A stretch of 64,000 nt of DNA from an uncultured delta proteobacterium. GTDB taxonomy: Bacteria > Desulfobacterota > Desulfobacteria > Desulfobacterales > JAFDCJ01. Within the stretch, counting starts at the first letter, position 1; each line of letters starts with the position of its first letter. Position numbers and translations under genes: made by a program. The stretch spans positions 448,001-512,000 of the forward strand of contig CAVYNY010000022.1 in NCBI GenBank assembly GCA_963769935.1, written 5' to 3'. This document shows, piece by piece, positions 11,191 through 21,710 of the stretch. Below the pieces are notes generated by a model, which made no database searches, was not told where the DNA came from, and was given only the letters and a program-made list of their open reading frames with translations.

Positions 11191-11439
11191 ATGGTTGACC
11201 CTGAAAACTTGACTCACCGCTCCAAATCGGAAACTGACTATGCCACAAAGAAATGTCCGAATTGCTACACCTACCTGCCGCTGCATGCCAGGGTTTGCAC
11301 ATCCTGTCATGCGCGGGTCGGTGATGTGGATAAGCTGGGCTTCGCACAGAAACCATTCGATTGGAGGGCTTATCTGCTGGCCGCGCTTACGATGGCGGGG
11401 TTTGCTATTTTTATGTGGTGGGCCTTTTTTCGGGATTAG
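11191..11439 (+). CDS. Small zinc-ribbon membrane protein
   Basis: CPNC...CTSC followed by a C-terminal TM; AGGAGG RBS upstream. Confidence 0.75.
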   Translation: MVDPENLTHRSKSETDYATKKCPNCYTYLPLHARVCTSCHARVGDVDKLGFAQKPFDWRAYLLAALTMAGFAIFMWWAFFRD

Positions 11440-11545
11440 CGCAGGCTGGAAATTGAATATTGAAGATTGCTGATTGAATATTTAAGGTATTCTGTCTGTT
11501 TTTTTATCACAAGGCCTGTGAGAGAAAAGGATTCGGCGTTCCCTC

Positions 11546-12214
11546 TTACCTTGCCAACATGGCCCGCATTATATCACCTGCATTTTCAGCATGATCGGCG
11601 ATGGCACCGATGGCCTCGGCCAACCTGATCGTGTGATAAACCGTGACGGCATCGATTCGCATTTTCAGTACCTTGGCCTTGATCGCATCCTCAACGTTGT
11701 CGGCATTGTGCTCATGCCGACGCAATGCCTGAATGATGTCTTTGATCACCAGGCGCTGCTTTTCGGAGAAATTTTTAAAATATTTTCGGGCTTCGGATAC
11801 CATCTGGCACATTTCCTCCACTGGATCCAAAACGGCATCCACCAGCAAAAAAAAATCTTTTTCAAGCTCCCGGGGGATGCCGGGATCAGATCTGAAGGCG
11901 AGCCAATCGAGCGCCTCTTCAACCGCATCGAGCACCTTATCCTGTTCGTGAAGATACCGAAACAGCTCAAATTTATTTACCACCATCAGCGTCCCTTTGG
12001 GTAGATGGTCCCGAATGCGCAGTTTAATGGCATCGGCTTCACTTTCCAGCTTATCGACCTCAGACCGGTATTGTTCAAAGATTTCACATTGGTCGTTTAA
12101 ATGACATTCGATGGCTTGTTGAAAGGCCCAGGCGCACTCTTTTATCTTTTCGGCATGCTCCAGCAGTCCCTCAAACGGCGATGACATAAAAGCTGAAACG
12201 AACGGTATGCGCAT
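11546..12214 (-). CDS. DUF47/TIGR00153 phosphate transport regulator-like protein
   Basis: SPFEGLLEH, LESEADAIK, IADHAENAGD motifs; GGGGG RBS. Confidence 0.88.
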   Translation of the reverse strand: MRIPFVSAFMSSPFEGLLEHAEKIKECAWAFQQAIECHLNDQCEIFEQYRSEVDKLESEADAIKLRIRDHLPKGTLMVVNKFELFRYLHEQDKVLDAVEEALDWLAFRSDPGIPRELEKDFFLLVDAVLDPVEEMCQMVSEARKYFKNFSEKQRLVIKDIIQALRRHEHNADNVEDAIKAKVLKMRIDAVTVYHTIRLAEAIGAIADHAENAGDIMRAMLAR

Positions 12215-12332
12215 AGTCCCCCCTTTGGATTGAGAGTTGAAAATTGAAAATTGAATAGCTAAGGAATCGGTTCGAATATCAGCTTAATATACAATATTCA
12301 ATTCTTGACCTCAAGTCCTGGCCGGATGTGGT

Positions 12333-14300
12333 TCAGAATATACGTCGGGCGGAATGTTTTTCGAGGATGTCGGGCGGCATCATATCGATGAAACGCGATG
12401 GGCGATTCAGCAACAGCCCCAGACTGCGGTCATACACATCGCAGGGATAGATGAAAAATAGGTTTTCGCGAGCCCGGGTTGCGGCAACATACATCAGACG
12501 CAGTTCCTCTTCCAGATCTTCTTCCTTTTGCAGGGCATGGGAGGAGGGAAAGCGTCCGTCCAGCGCCCAGATGATAAAGACGGTGTCCCATTCAAGGCCT
12601 TTGGCCGAATGGATCGTGGAAAGAACCAGGCGATCTTCCGCCGGCGTTTCAGCTGCAAGGGTGTCGCCGATGCTGGTATTGGGAGGCTCTAATGCCATAT
12701 CGGTTAAAAACTGCTCGAGATTGCGGTAGCGTTCCATAATGGTCAGCAACTGTTCCAGATCTTTGGCCCGTTTGGGATGGTCATCATAGCGTTCTTTTAA
12801 AATGGGTAAATAATAGTCGATTACGGCTTCTCCCATTTTTTCCAGCGGCAGCGGATGGGTGTCGATGGTTGAGAAAAGATCTTTAAGCCGCTGGAGGCCT
12901 GCTGCTGCCACAACCTTCGATTTTAAAGACAAAAGTCCGGTGTAGCCGGATGCTTCATTTTTAATGGCGTCATAGATTTTTTGGGCGGTTGCCGGCCCGA
13001 TCTTTTCGATAAGCAAAAGAATTCTATACCAGCTGATGCGGTCGAGCGGGTTTTCGATCACCCGCAGGTGAGCCAACACGTCTTTTATGTGCGCGGATTC
13101 GACGAATTTGAATCCACCTACTTTAATAAACGGCAGGTGCTCACGATTCAGCTCAATTTCAAGGTCAAAGGAGTGATAGCCTGCCCGGAACAAAACGGCC
13201 ATATGATTGAGTGCAATTCCCTGCCGACATAGCTCACCGATCTTGTTTACGACATAGAGCGATTGGTCATTTTCATCCCGGGCTTCGATCAAAGCCGGTA
13301 TCGAACCGCCCGATTTTCTGGTAAACAGCTTCTTGGAATATTTTTCTTTGGCCTGTTCGATCATGATGTTGGTCAGATTCAAAATGGGTTGAACGCTGCG
13401 GTAGTTTTCTTCCAGCGTAATGGTGCGGGTGCCGGGAAACATCTCGGGAAACTGCATAATATTTCGGAAGTTGGCCCCCCGGAAGGCATAAATACTCTGA
13501 GAATCATCGCCGACGACCATGATGTTATTGTTAGCGCCGGTCAGCAGATACAGTATTTCAGCCTGAATTTTATTCGTGTCCTGGTATTCATCGACCATCA
13601 CATAGCGATAAGTGGAAGCAATACGACTGCGGATATCCGGATGGTTTTTTAAAAGCTGCATCAGATATACCAGCAGATCGTCAAAATCAAAAAAATTATT
13701 TTGGCTTTTATACTGGCGGTAGGAATTAAAAATACTTTTTATTGCTTCCAGTTCAGCGGTCAGGTGGGGATAGTCGTCATAGACCACATCTTCGATGGTT
13801 ATCATTTTGTTGACGGCCCGGCTGAAGATATTGGCCAGTGTATGCTTGCGCGGCAGTGAGCGGATCTGCGCGGTGGTAGATATTTCTTTGCGCAGCAGGC
13901 TTATCAGCGCTTCCGAATCCGCCCGATCCAAAATGGCGAAATTGGAATCTGATCCCAGTGCATAAGCATTTTTCCGTAAGATCAGATTGCCGAAGGAATG
14001 GAAGGTGCCTCCGGCAACATTTTCGCACCGGTGATCCAGCAGATCGGCGGCCCTTTGCAGCATTTGCTGGGCGGCTTTGCGCGTAAAAGTCAGCAGAAGA
14101 ATGGAAGACGGTGCAACCCCTTCCTCCACCAGCCGGGCGACGCGGTAAGTCAGGGTGCGTGTTTTACCGCTGCCGGCCCCTGCAATCACAAGCACCGGGC
14201 CTTCGGAGGTTGTGACCGCTTCAAACTGGGAAGCGTTGAGCTGCGCTTCATATTGGATGCGAAATTTGCTGCTATTGGAATGAGTAAAGTGCTGTGGCAT
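12333..14300 (-). CDS. UvrD/PcrA-family ATP-dependent DNA helicase
   Basis: AGAGSGKT, TFTRKAA, VDEYQDTN, GDDSQSIYAFRG, STIHSAKGLEW, YVAATRA. Confidence 0.95.
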   Translation of the reverse strand: MPQHFTHSNSSKFRIQYEAQLNASQFEAVTTSEGPVLVIAGAGSGKTRTLTYRVARLVEEGVAPSSILLLTFTRKAAQQMLQRAADLLDHRCENVAGGTFHSFGNLILRKNAYALGSDSNFAILDRADSEALISLLRKEISTTAQIRSLPRKHTLANIFSRAVNKMITIEDVVYDDYPHLTAELEAIKSIFNSYRQYKSQNNFFDFDDLLVYLMQLLKNHPDIRSRIASTYRYVMVDEYQDTNKIQAEILYLLTGANNNIMVVGDDSQSIYAFRGANFRNIMQFPEMFPGTRTITLEENYRSVQPILNLTNIMIEQAKEKYSKKLFTRKSGGSIPALIEARDENDQSLYVVNKIGELCRQGIALNHMAVLFRAGYHSFDLEIELNREHLPFIKVGGFKFVESAHIKDVLAHLRVIENPLDRISWYRILLLIEKIGPATAQKIYDAIKNEASGYTGLLSLKSKVVAAAGLQRLKDLFSTIDTHPLPLEKMGEAVIDYYLPILKERYDDHPKRAKDLEQLLTIMERYRNLEQFLTDMALEPPNTSIGDTLAAETPAEDRLVLSTIHSAKGLEWDTVFIIWALDGRFPSSHALQKEEDLEEELRLMYVAATRARENLFFIYPCDVYDRSLGLLLNRPSRFIDMMPPDILEKHSARRIF

Positions 14301-14460
14301 ATTGATTTTTCTTTCATATTTACCGGCCCTTGTCAACCGGCGTTATAATATCTTATTCTTCCTGCTCCAATGTTGACTTTCCAACCCCAATGTATTAGTT
14401 TTCAAAAAGACCTAAGCACAGAAGGGTTTTATGAAGTAATAGTAAAAGGAGGGTCTGTCC

Positions 14461-14799
14461 ATGAAGAAGTTGCAAAATCAATTAAAAACAGTCTCCAAGT
14501 CGCTGGCCGCACTTTCCAGACAGGTGGAAAAAATTTCTCAACAGGTCAATCAAGCACAACCAGCCAAAAAAGCTGCTCCGGCGGGCAAGCCGGCTGCAAA
14601 TAAAGCCGCACCGGCGGGTGGCAAAACCGTGCTGGACTCGGTATATGATGTTATCATGCGTTCCAAGAAAGGCGCTACAGTTGCCCAATTGAAAGAGAAG
14701 ACAAAATTAGACGCCCGGCAGTTGAGCAACGCGCTTTACAAGCTGTCAAAAAAAGGCCAGGTTTACGCTAAATCTCGGGGACTGTACGTAAAAAAGTAA
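14461..14799 (+). CDS. Small basic protein: coiled coil, Lys/Ala/Pro linker and winged-helix C-terminus (putative nucleoid protein)
   Basis: AGGAGG RBS; PAKKAAPA linker; C-terminal TVLDSVYDVI...LYKLSKKGQVYAKSRGLY. Confidence 0.8.
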   Translation: MKKLQNQLKTVSKSLAALSRQVEKISQQVNQAQPAKKAAPAGKPAANKAAPAGGKTVLDSVYDVIMRSKKGATVAQLKEKTKLDARQLSNALYKLSKKGQVYAKSRGLYVKK

Positions 14800-14831
14800 T
14801 ATCTTCAAAAACCGTACCACCGTCATTGGAC

Positions 14832-14887
14832 AAAAAATAGTCTTCCGGCCTTTCTTCATTTTCCCGAGGCAGAAGGCTATTTTTTTT
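14832..14887. terminator. Probable bidirectional intrinsic terminator
   Basis: AAAAAATAGTCTTC...GAAGGCTATTTTTTTT inverted repeat with A/T tracts. Confidence 0.6.
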
Positions 14888-15294
14888 ATGGAGACATTAA
14901 AAAGTTTGGGGCTTTTATACTGAAAGCGGGACCCAGCCTTGGGTTTGCGCCACTGATTTCGCCTGTAAGCCAAAAAGTAGTAAATCAGCTTACGGCACCC
15001 TGGATAATCACCCTCAAAGCCAAATTGTAAGCATCACTCCTTTTTCTCCATCCGGCATTCAATCCCGACGGTTTGCGATTCCTACCCGATGGCATTACCG
15101 TATTTCCCAGGCTCATCCCATAATCATGCAAGTTAAATCAAAAACTCATGATCCAACCGATCCCTTCGGAATTAACCTCTAAATCCTTCAGGGGTTACAT
15201 ATACCATTTTAGAGTGAATTGCAATTGTCTGTTGCTTATTTTTGATTCATTTGGTAAGCAAAAAAGTTTATGTACCTTGAGGAAAGGAGCGCCG

Positions 15295-16674
15295 ATGAGC
15301 AACGAGATGACTGCGGCAAATCCATTGGGTAAAATATGGGATTTTTTTGCTTCGGTAAAACTGACCATCGTTTTGCTTTTGAGTCTGGCCGCAACTTCAA
15401 TTGTCGGTACACTGATACCGCAAAACGAAGATCCGCAAGCCTATTATCAAACATTCGGGGGAGTTTTATACCGGTTTTTCAGCCTTCTTGATCTTTTTGA
15501 TATGTATCACTCATGGTGGTTCCAACTGCTGATCGTTATGTTGGCTACCAATGTTATCATCTGCTCGATCGACCGCATGTCGGCCAATCGCCGGATTTTG
15601 TTTGTGCGCCGTCCTGCTTTTAACCCAGCTAGATTCAGAAATCTCAAACGCAGGAAAATAACTATCGATCATCGCACCCCTGAACAGTTAAAAGAAGCGT
15701 ATCACCCCTTAATATCGCGCCGTTTTCGCCACAGCCGGGTTGAAACCCTGCAAGACGGAATTGCCATCTACGGCGAAAAGGGCCGCTGGACGCGCTTCGG
15801 CGTTTACACGGTCCATTTGAGTGTGGTCATATTGCTCATCGGTGGTTTGATCGGCTCCATTTTTGGCTTTGATGGCTTCGTCAATATTGCCGAGGGTGAG
15901 AGCGTCCAGCGTATCCGACTGCGAAATAGCTCCCAGACGGTCATGCTTGATTTCGCGGTCCGCTGCGATGATTTTAATGTGAGTTTTTATGAAAACGGGG
16001 TCCCCAAAGAGTTCCGGTCAAGTTTAACCATCCTGGAAGGGGGGCGTCCGATTCTGCATAAAGACATCATCGTCAATGACCCGCTGCGTTATAAGGGGAT
16101 CAGTTTTTATCAGTCCAGTTACGGGAGCCTTCCATCAAATGAGGTGATATTAAGCCTTACAAGTAAAAAAACAGGCAGAATCTACACCCAGAAAGCCAGG
16201 GTGGGTCAGCCGATCCAACTACCGGAAAAGCTAGGGACTTTCATAATCAATGATTTTCAACAATCCGCTGATTTCAAGGGCCACAATATCGGAGAGGCGT
16301 TTGTCGGCACGCTGACGCCGCCCGATAGGGATCCGATTAAGGTACTTCTGCCCCTGCGTTTTCCCAGTTTCGACAAAATGCGCCAAGGCGATGTGGTCAT
16401 AGCTGTGGAGAAGTATGTGCCGCGATTTTACACCGGGCTGCAGGTCGCCAAAGATCCCGGAGTGTGGGTCGTTTACGCCGGGTTCATTTTAATGATCGTC
16501 GGCTGCTATATAACCTTTTTTATGTCCCACCAACAAATCTGCCTGGAGTTGACGACCGATGGGCAAACGACGTGCGTTGCCGTTGCCGGAACCGCCAATA
16601 AGAATAAAACGGGAATGCAAACCAGAGTCGAACGAATAGCGGCGGAGCTCAGCAGATTGGCGCATGATGCCTAA
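15295..16674 (+). CDS. resB: Cytochrome c biogenesis protein ResB/Ccs1 (system II)
   Basis: FFASVKLTI, GTLIPQ, YHSWWF, VNDPLRYKG, YQSSY, TGLQVAKDPG; AAGGAG RBS before ATG 15295. Confidence 0.93.
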   Translation: MSNEMTAANPLGKIWDFFASVKLTIVLLLSLAATSIVGTLIPQNEDPQAYYQTFGGVLYRFFSLLDLFDMYHSWWFQLLIVMLATNVIICSIDRMSANRRILFVRRPAFNPARFRNLKRRKITIDHRTPEQLKEAYHPLISRRFRHSRVETLQDGIAIYGEKGRWTRFGVYTVHLSVVILLIGGLIGSIFGFDGFVNIAEGESVQRIRLRNSSQTVMLDFAVRCDDFNVSFYENGVPKEFRSSLTILEGGRPILHKDIIVNDPLRYKGISFYQSSYGSLPSNEVILSLTSKKTGRIYTQKARVGQPIQLPEKLGTFIINDFQQSADFKGHNIGEAFVGTLTPPDRDPIKVLLPLRFPSFDKMRQGDVVIAVEKYVPRFYTGLQVAKDPGVWVVYAGFILMIVGCYITFFMSHQQICLELTTDGQTTCVAVAGTANKNKTGMQTRVERIAAELSRLAHDA

Positions 16675-16797
16675 TGGGACCCGAAACAGAGAGCAGAGGG
16701 CAGAGAGCATAGGGTATAGAGCCAAAGTCGGGGAAAAACTCACAGTCGGTGTATAACCGGTTGAACAAAACTAATTGCGGAGGAAAAGGATTATATA

Positions 16798-17637
16798 ATG
16801 AATAGTTCCGGGGTATTATCAATTACCACCTTTATTTACGGTCTGGCTGGATTCAGCTATATCTTTGCCTGGGTATTCAAGAAACAACTTGCAGGCAAGC
16901 TGGCCACCTGGATCGCCTTGGCAGGGTTGGCCGGCAATATCCTCGGTATCGTGATGCGTTGGGTGGAATCTTACCAGATGGGCTTCGGTCATGCACCTTT
17001 ATCCAATTTGTACGAGTCGCTTATATTCTTTTCCGCAACCATCGTTGTGATTTACCTCTTCATCGAGCGCAAGTATGACAATCGCGTCATCGGCGCTTTT
17101 ACCACGCCGATCGCTTTTCTGGCAATGGCTTATGCCTCTTTGTCTCCCAACATCAACGACCGCATTCAACCCCTGCTGCCGGCTTTGAAAAGCAACTGGC
17201 TGATTGCGCATGTGATTGCATGCTTTATCGGCTACGCGGCCTTTGCGATTGCTTTTGGTGTCAGCATTATGTATCTGATGAAGCGCAGAGATTCGGGTGG
17301 CCAAGGCGCTCTACTGAATCTTTTTCCCGACATCGAGGTGCTGGACGAATTGACCCACCAGCTGATCATGTTCGGCTTTCTCTTCCTGTCGGCCGGGATC
17401 ATCACCGGTGCAGTTTGGGCCAACTCCGCCTGGGGCCGTTACTGGGGCTGGGACCCCAAGGAGACCTGGTCTCTCATTACCTGGTTTGTATATGCTACCT
17501 TGCTGCATGCCCGCTTGATGCGGGGCTGGCGCGGCAAACGCATTGCGGTGCTTTCCATTGTGGGGTTCGGCGCGGTGATCTTTACTTATTTCGGCGTGAA
17601 TCTGCTGCCCGGACTGCATAGTTACGGGGCCAACTGA
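16798..17637 (+). CDS. ccsA: Cytochrome c biogenesis protein CcsA/ResC (system II)
   Basis: WWD motif WANSAWGRYWGWDPKETW; C-terminal GLHSY. Confidence 0.96.
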   Translation: MNSSGVLSITTFIYGLAGFSYIFAWVFKKQLAGKLATWIALAGLAGNILGIVMRWVESYQMGFGHAPLSNLYESLIFFSATIVVIYLFIERKYDNRVIGAFTTPIAFLAMAYASLSPNINDRIQPLLPALKSNWLIAHVIACFIGYAAFAIAFGVSIMYLMKRRDSGGQGALLNLFPDIEVLDELTHQLIMFGFLFLSAGIITGAVWANSAWGRYWGWDPKETWSLITWFVYATLLHARLMRGWRGKRIAVLSIVGFGAVIFTYFGVNLLPGLHSYGAN

Positions 17638-17775
17638 TCTCGATTTTTGCTTGACAAAAATTGGACTGATAAGGTATTCAACCGCAGGTCATTTTAGGCA
17701 GATGGGCAGTCGACCGCACCGCCTGTCGCCATCAACATGCATTTTCATCAACAACCATTGCCGGACGGAGTGTCT

Positions 17776-18486
17776 ATGAGTACAGAGGATCAAGAAAAAA
17801 AGACTTCCTCAGAAGTCCAGGGCCAAGAACCAAACATCCTTCACAAAGACCCCGCAGCGCCGCAGCCGGGATCCGGGGCCGCAGGACCCATCACACTATT
17901 TTTCTTTATCGGGCTGGTCGCCAGCCTGGTGCTCGGATGGGTTATCTTTCCTCAATTGCTCTATTCGCAGAAAGAGCAGCCGATTCAATTCAATCATGTC
18001 CTGCACAACGAACTGGTGGATAATGGCTGTGAGAGCTGTCATTTTTTCCGGGAGGACGGCACGTATTCCGGTGTTCCGAAATTAGCCCAGTGCATAGACT
18101 GTCATGAAGAGCTGCAGGGTGAGAGCGCGGAGGAGGCAAAATTTGTCACCCAATATGTGCAGAAGGAACGCGAAGTGCCTTGGCGAGTGTACTCCCGGCA
18201 GCCGGATTGCGTGTTTTTCTCCCATGCCGCCCATGTCAAAATGGGACAAATGGACTGTGTCACGTGCCATGGCCCCATCGGCGAGTCCGAAACTTTGAGG
18301 ACCTATGAGGCCAACCGTATTACCGGTATCAGCCGGGATATCTGGGGAGCAAATATCGCCGGTTTTAAAAAGAACTCCTGGGATCGCATGAAAATGGATG
18401 ACTGCTCCGAATGTCACCAGAGAGAAAACGTGAATCAAAACAGCGTCCAGACGAAAAAAGGCGGCTGTTTTGAGTGTCACAAATAG
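17776..18486 (+). CDS. qrcA: Menaquinone reductase multiheme cytochrome c subunit QrcA
   Basis: One TM then five CxxCH motifs (CESCH, CIDCH, CVTCH, CSECH, CFECH); first gene of the qrc cluster. Confidence 0.9.
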   Translation: MSTEDQEKKTSSEVQGQEPNILHKDPAAPQPGSGAAGPITLFFFIGLVASLVLGWVIFPQLLYSQKEQPIQFNHVLHNELVDNGCESCHFFREDGTYSGVPKLAQCIDCHEELQGESAEEAKFVTQYVQKEREVPWRVYSRQPDCVFFSHAAHVKMGQMDCVTCHGPIGESETLRTYEANRITGISRDIWGANIAGFKKNSWDRMKMDDCSECHQRENVNQNSVQTKKGGCFECHK

Positions 18487-18582
18487 ATCGGTGACCGAGC
18501 ACCAGTCGGAGAACCGGGGAGCCGATTAACCGAATAAGAAATTGAATTTTTTAGAATTAATAACTTGGACGGGGATGATTCA

Positions 18583-20796
18583 ATGAAAATAGACCGACGA
18601 TGTTTTTTGTCATTTGCGATTGGAGGGGCTGCCGGCACAGCGCTCTCCCCGCTACCCTGGAAGTTGATCGACGATCTTGCCATTTGGTCGCAGAATTGGC
18701 CCTGGACGCCTGTTCCGGAAAAAGGTGAAACCACTTATGCCAAATCCACCTGCACCCTTTGTCCGGGAGGCTGCGGCATCGATGTGAGACGGGTTGATAA
18801 CCGGGTCGTTAAAATAGAGGGCCTGGCAGGACACCCCGTCAATGACGGCGGTGTCTGTCTGCTGGGACAGTCGGGAACTCAACTGCTGTACGGTTCCAAT
18901 CGGGTTCAGACACCTAAAAAGAAGGTGAACGGAAGCTGGCGCAACATATCCTGGGAGGATGCCATTGCGGAAATTGTCGCCAAACTGTCGGACTTGCGGA
19001 CCGCCGGTTTGTCGCACACAGTCGCCTGTATCTCCGATTACGACCGGGGGACCGTTCCCGAGTTATGGAGCAGATTTTTAACGGTCTACGGTTCGCCGAA
19101 TTTCATTCGCACCCCTTCGATCCAGGACAATTATGAACTGGCGCTGTATCTAACCCAGGGTGTGCGGGCCGTACCCGGGTTTGATGTACAAAACTGCGAC
19201 TATATCCTAAGCTTCGGCAGCGGTTTAATCGAGGGATGGCAATCTCCGGTTTATATGTTCCATGGCAAAAGCGCCTTGGTCCGCAACGGCGGACAAATGG
19301 ATCAAATCGAGCCCCGACTATCAAAAACCGCCGCCAAATCCGATAAATGGATTCCCGTCAATCCGGGCACAGAAGGCGCCCTGGCCCTGGGTATTGCCCA
19401 TGTGATGATCAGCGGGGGACTTTACAATCAGGATTTTGTGACCCAGTACGCGGCCGGATTTGCCGAGTTCAAAAAGCGCATTTTAGAGGGGTTTTCCCCG
19501 AGCGTGGTTTCAAAAATGACCGGCGTCAATGAGGATTCGATTACGGCCCTGGCCGGGGATTTCACCCGGGCTCACAAACCGTTGGCAATTTGCGGCCGGG
19601 GAGCGGGAAGAACCCCCGGCAGCCTGCAGGATTTTATGGCGGTTCACATGCTCAACGCGCTGGCCGGAAATCTTAACAGACCTGGCGGCCTGGTGGCGGT
19701 CTCCGAACCCGATTATATCGATTGGCCTGACGTCGAAATGGACGCAATCGCCTCCAAGGGCGTGCAGCAGCCCCGCATCGACGGCGCCGGCAGCGCTAAA
19801 TACCCCCATGCCCGGTATTTGTTGGATCGCCTGCCGGAAGTCATCAATGAAAGCCAGGAATCTCCCATGCAGGTACTTTTCGTCAGCAGTGCCAACCCGG
19901 TGTACAGCATGACGGATACTGCGGCGGTGAACAAAGCATTGGATAAAATTCCGCTGGTCGTCAGTTTTTCCTCGTATATGGATGAAACTGCCGCCCGCGC
20001 CAATCTCATACTGCCCAGTCACATTTACCTGGAACGGTATGAAGACGTGCCCTTTGCCCGGGGCTTCCCACAACCGATCATCAGCCTTAGCCAGCCGGTT
20101 GTCGCACCGCTTTACGACACCCGCAATGTCGGCGATGTGATTATCCAAATGGCCCAAAATATGGGCAATCCGATGGCGGCGGCATTTCCTTGGGATGATT
20201 ACCGGATCTGTCTTGAGGAAACTCTGGGAGATAAATGGGATACCCTGACTGAAGAGGGATTCTGGGTGGAAGCCGGGTTTTCAGTCGCAAACTGGTCACA
20301 GGCATTTGAAACCGATTCAGCAAAATTTGAATTCAGCAACGATGACATCAAGGCGTTGCCGGCTTATCAGCCGGTGCCGGCCCCCGGCGACGATTCATTT
20401 TATCCGCTGCTGCTTATCCCCTTTGACACCATGCGGCTTACCAGCGGCTATATCGGTTCACCGCCGTTCATGGTGAAAGCGCTGGAAGATACCGTACTCA
20501 AAGGCAATGACGTTCTGGTTGAAATCAATCCGGCAACCGCCAAAAAACTGGGGCTGTCGAATGGCAAATATGCCACACTGACCACCCCCGTCGGCAGCGC
20601 CAGAGTGAAAGTATATCTTTTTGACGGAATCATGCCGGGTGTGATCGCGATTCCCCGGGGATTGGGACACACGGCCTATGACAAGTTCCTGAGCGGTAAA
20701 GGCGTCAATTACAATGCCTTGAGCGCAGTGGTGGAAGATCCGGCGACCGGCTTCGATGCGGCTTGGGGAATTCGGGCCAAACTCAGCCGAGCCTGA
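18583..20796 (+). CDS. qrcB: Menaquinone reductase molybdopterin-binding-like subunit QrcB
   Basis: Tat signal DRRCFL, PWKLIDDLAIWSQNWPW, CTLCPGGC, molybdopterin-oxidoreductase fold motifs. Confidence 0.92.
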   Translation: MKIDRRCFLSFAIGGAAGTALSPLPWKLIDDLAIWSQNWPWTPVPEKGETTYAKSTCTLCPGGCGIDVRRVDNRVVKIEGLAGHPVNDGGVCLLGQSGTQLLYGSNRVQTPKKKVNGSWRNISWEDAIAEIVAKLSDLRTAGLSHTVACISDYDRGTVPELWSRFLTVYGSPNFIRTPSIQDNYELALYLTQGVRAVPGFDVQNCDYILSFGSGLIEGWQSPVYMFHGKSALVRNGGQMDQIEPRLSKTAAKSDKWIPVNPGTEGALALGIAHVMISGGLYNQDFVTQYAAGFAEFKKRILEGFSPSVVSKMTGVNEDSITALAGDFTRAHKPLAICGRGAGRTPGSLQDFMAVHMLNALAGNLNRPGGLVAVSEPDYIDWPDVEMDAIASKGVQQPRIDGAGSAKYPHARYLLDRLPEVINESQESPMQVLFVSSANPVYSMTDTAAVNKALDKIPLVVSFSSYMDETAARANLILPSHIYLERYEDVPFARGFPQPIISLSQPVVAPLYDTRNVGDVIIQMAQNMGNPMAAAFPWDDYRICLEETLGDKWDTLTEEGFWVEAGFSVANWSQAFETDSAKFEFSNDDIKALPAYQPVPAPGDDSFYPLLLIPFDTMRLTSGYIGSPPFMVKALEDTVLKGNDVLVEINPATAKKLGLSNGKYATLTTPVGSARVKVYLFDGIMPGVIAIPRGLGHTAYDKFLSGKGVNYNALSAVVEDPATGFDAAWGIRAKLSRA

Positions 20797-20882
20797 TTGG
20801 ATTGGATATTGAATATTGAAGATTGAATATTGGCGGAATTCTATTGTTTTTATTAAAAAATAGTCATTTCCAAGGGGTTCTG

Positions 20883-21689
20883 ATGAAAGAGGAAAAAGGC
20901 AAAAAGTTCGGAATGGTCATCGATCTGGACAAGTGTACCGGCTGCGGTACGTGCATGGTCGCCTGCATGGCGGAAAACAATGTGCCGTTTCGGGAAGACG
21001 ATACGGATAAACTGCTTAGCATCGCGTGGATGCGGGTTTATCGGCTAACCAACGGCAAACCGTTTCCGGATACCGAAGAATGTTTTCTGCCCCGGCCCTG
21101 CCAGCATTGTGAAGGCCACCACGGCCATTCTCCGTGCGTGTCGGTCTGCCCGGCTACCGCCACCGACTACGATATGAGCACCGGGATCGTCAGCCAGATT
21201 TACACCCGCTGTTTCGGCTGCCGCTATTGCATGGCGGCCTGTCCGTTTCATGTCCGTCAATTCAACTGGTGGGATCCGGTGTGGCCGGATGGTATGGAAA
21301 AATCCCTGAACCCCAATGTCTCGGTGCGCATGCGCGGAATTGTCGAGAAGTGCAGCTTTTGCAACCATCGTTACCAACTGGCCAAAGACCAGGCCTATAT
21401 CGATGGGCGGCGTGAAGTGGAAGAAAATGAATATCAGACCGCCTGCACCCAGGCCTGCCCGGCCGGGGCCATTATCTTCGGTGATTTGAATAATCCGAAG
21501 CATGCCGTGCATCAGATTGCCCGCCCCGACAATGAACACGGCGGCAAGCCACAGAATCCCAAGGCCTTCCGCCTGCTGGAAAGATTGGGCGTCAATACCA
21601 AAGTCTACTATCTCTCCAGCCGCGAGTGGGTCCGGCGGGCCGGGGACAACTACGTGAAAAAGGAAGCCGAAGGCAAAACACATTCATAA
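20883..21689 (+). CDS. qrcC: Menaquinone reductase iron-sulfur subunit QrcC
   Basis: DLDKCTGCGTCMVAC, CQHC..CVSVCP, CFGCRYCMAACP, KCSFC..CTQACP. Confidence 0.93.
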   Translation: MKEEKGKKFGMVIDLDKCTGCGTCMVACMAENNVPFREDDTDKLLSIAWMRVYRLTNGKPFPDTEECFLPRPCQHCEGHHGHSPCVSVCPATATDYDMSTGIVSQIYTRCFGCRYCMAACPFHVRQFNWWDPVWPDGMEKSLNPNVSVRMRGIVEKCSFCNHRYQLAKDQAYIDGRREVEENEYQTACTQACPAGAIIFGDLNNPKHAVHQIARPDNEHGGKPQNPKAFRLLERLGVNTKVYYLSSREWVRRAGDNYVKKEAEGKTHS

Positions 21690-21710
21690 CGATATAGGAG
21701 TATTGAACTT

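Noticed and set aside
14900..15140. Possible ncRNA or transposase remnant upstream of resB
   Set aside because: No recognisable riboswitch or 6S consensus; only a faint YGMSL peptide resemblance, too weak to call.
18583..20796. Catalytic molybdoenzyme (formate or polysulfide reductase)
   Set aside because: Context and N-terminal signature match QrcB, which is established as lacking a Mo cofactor.
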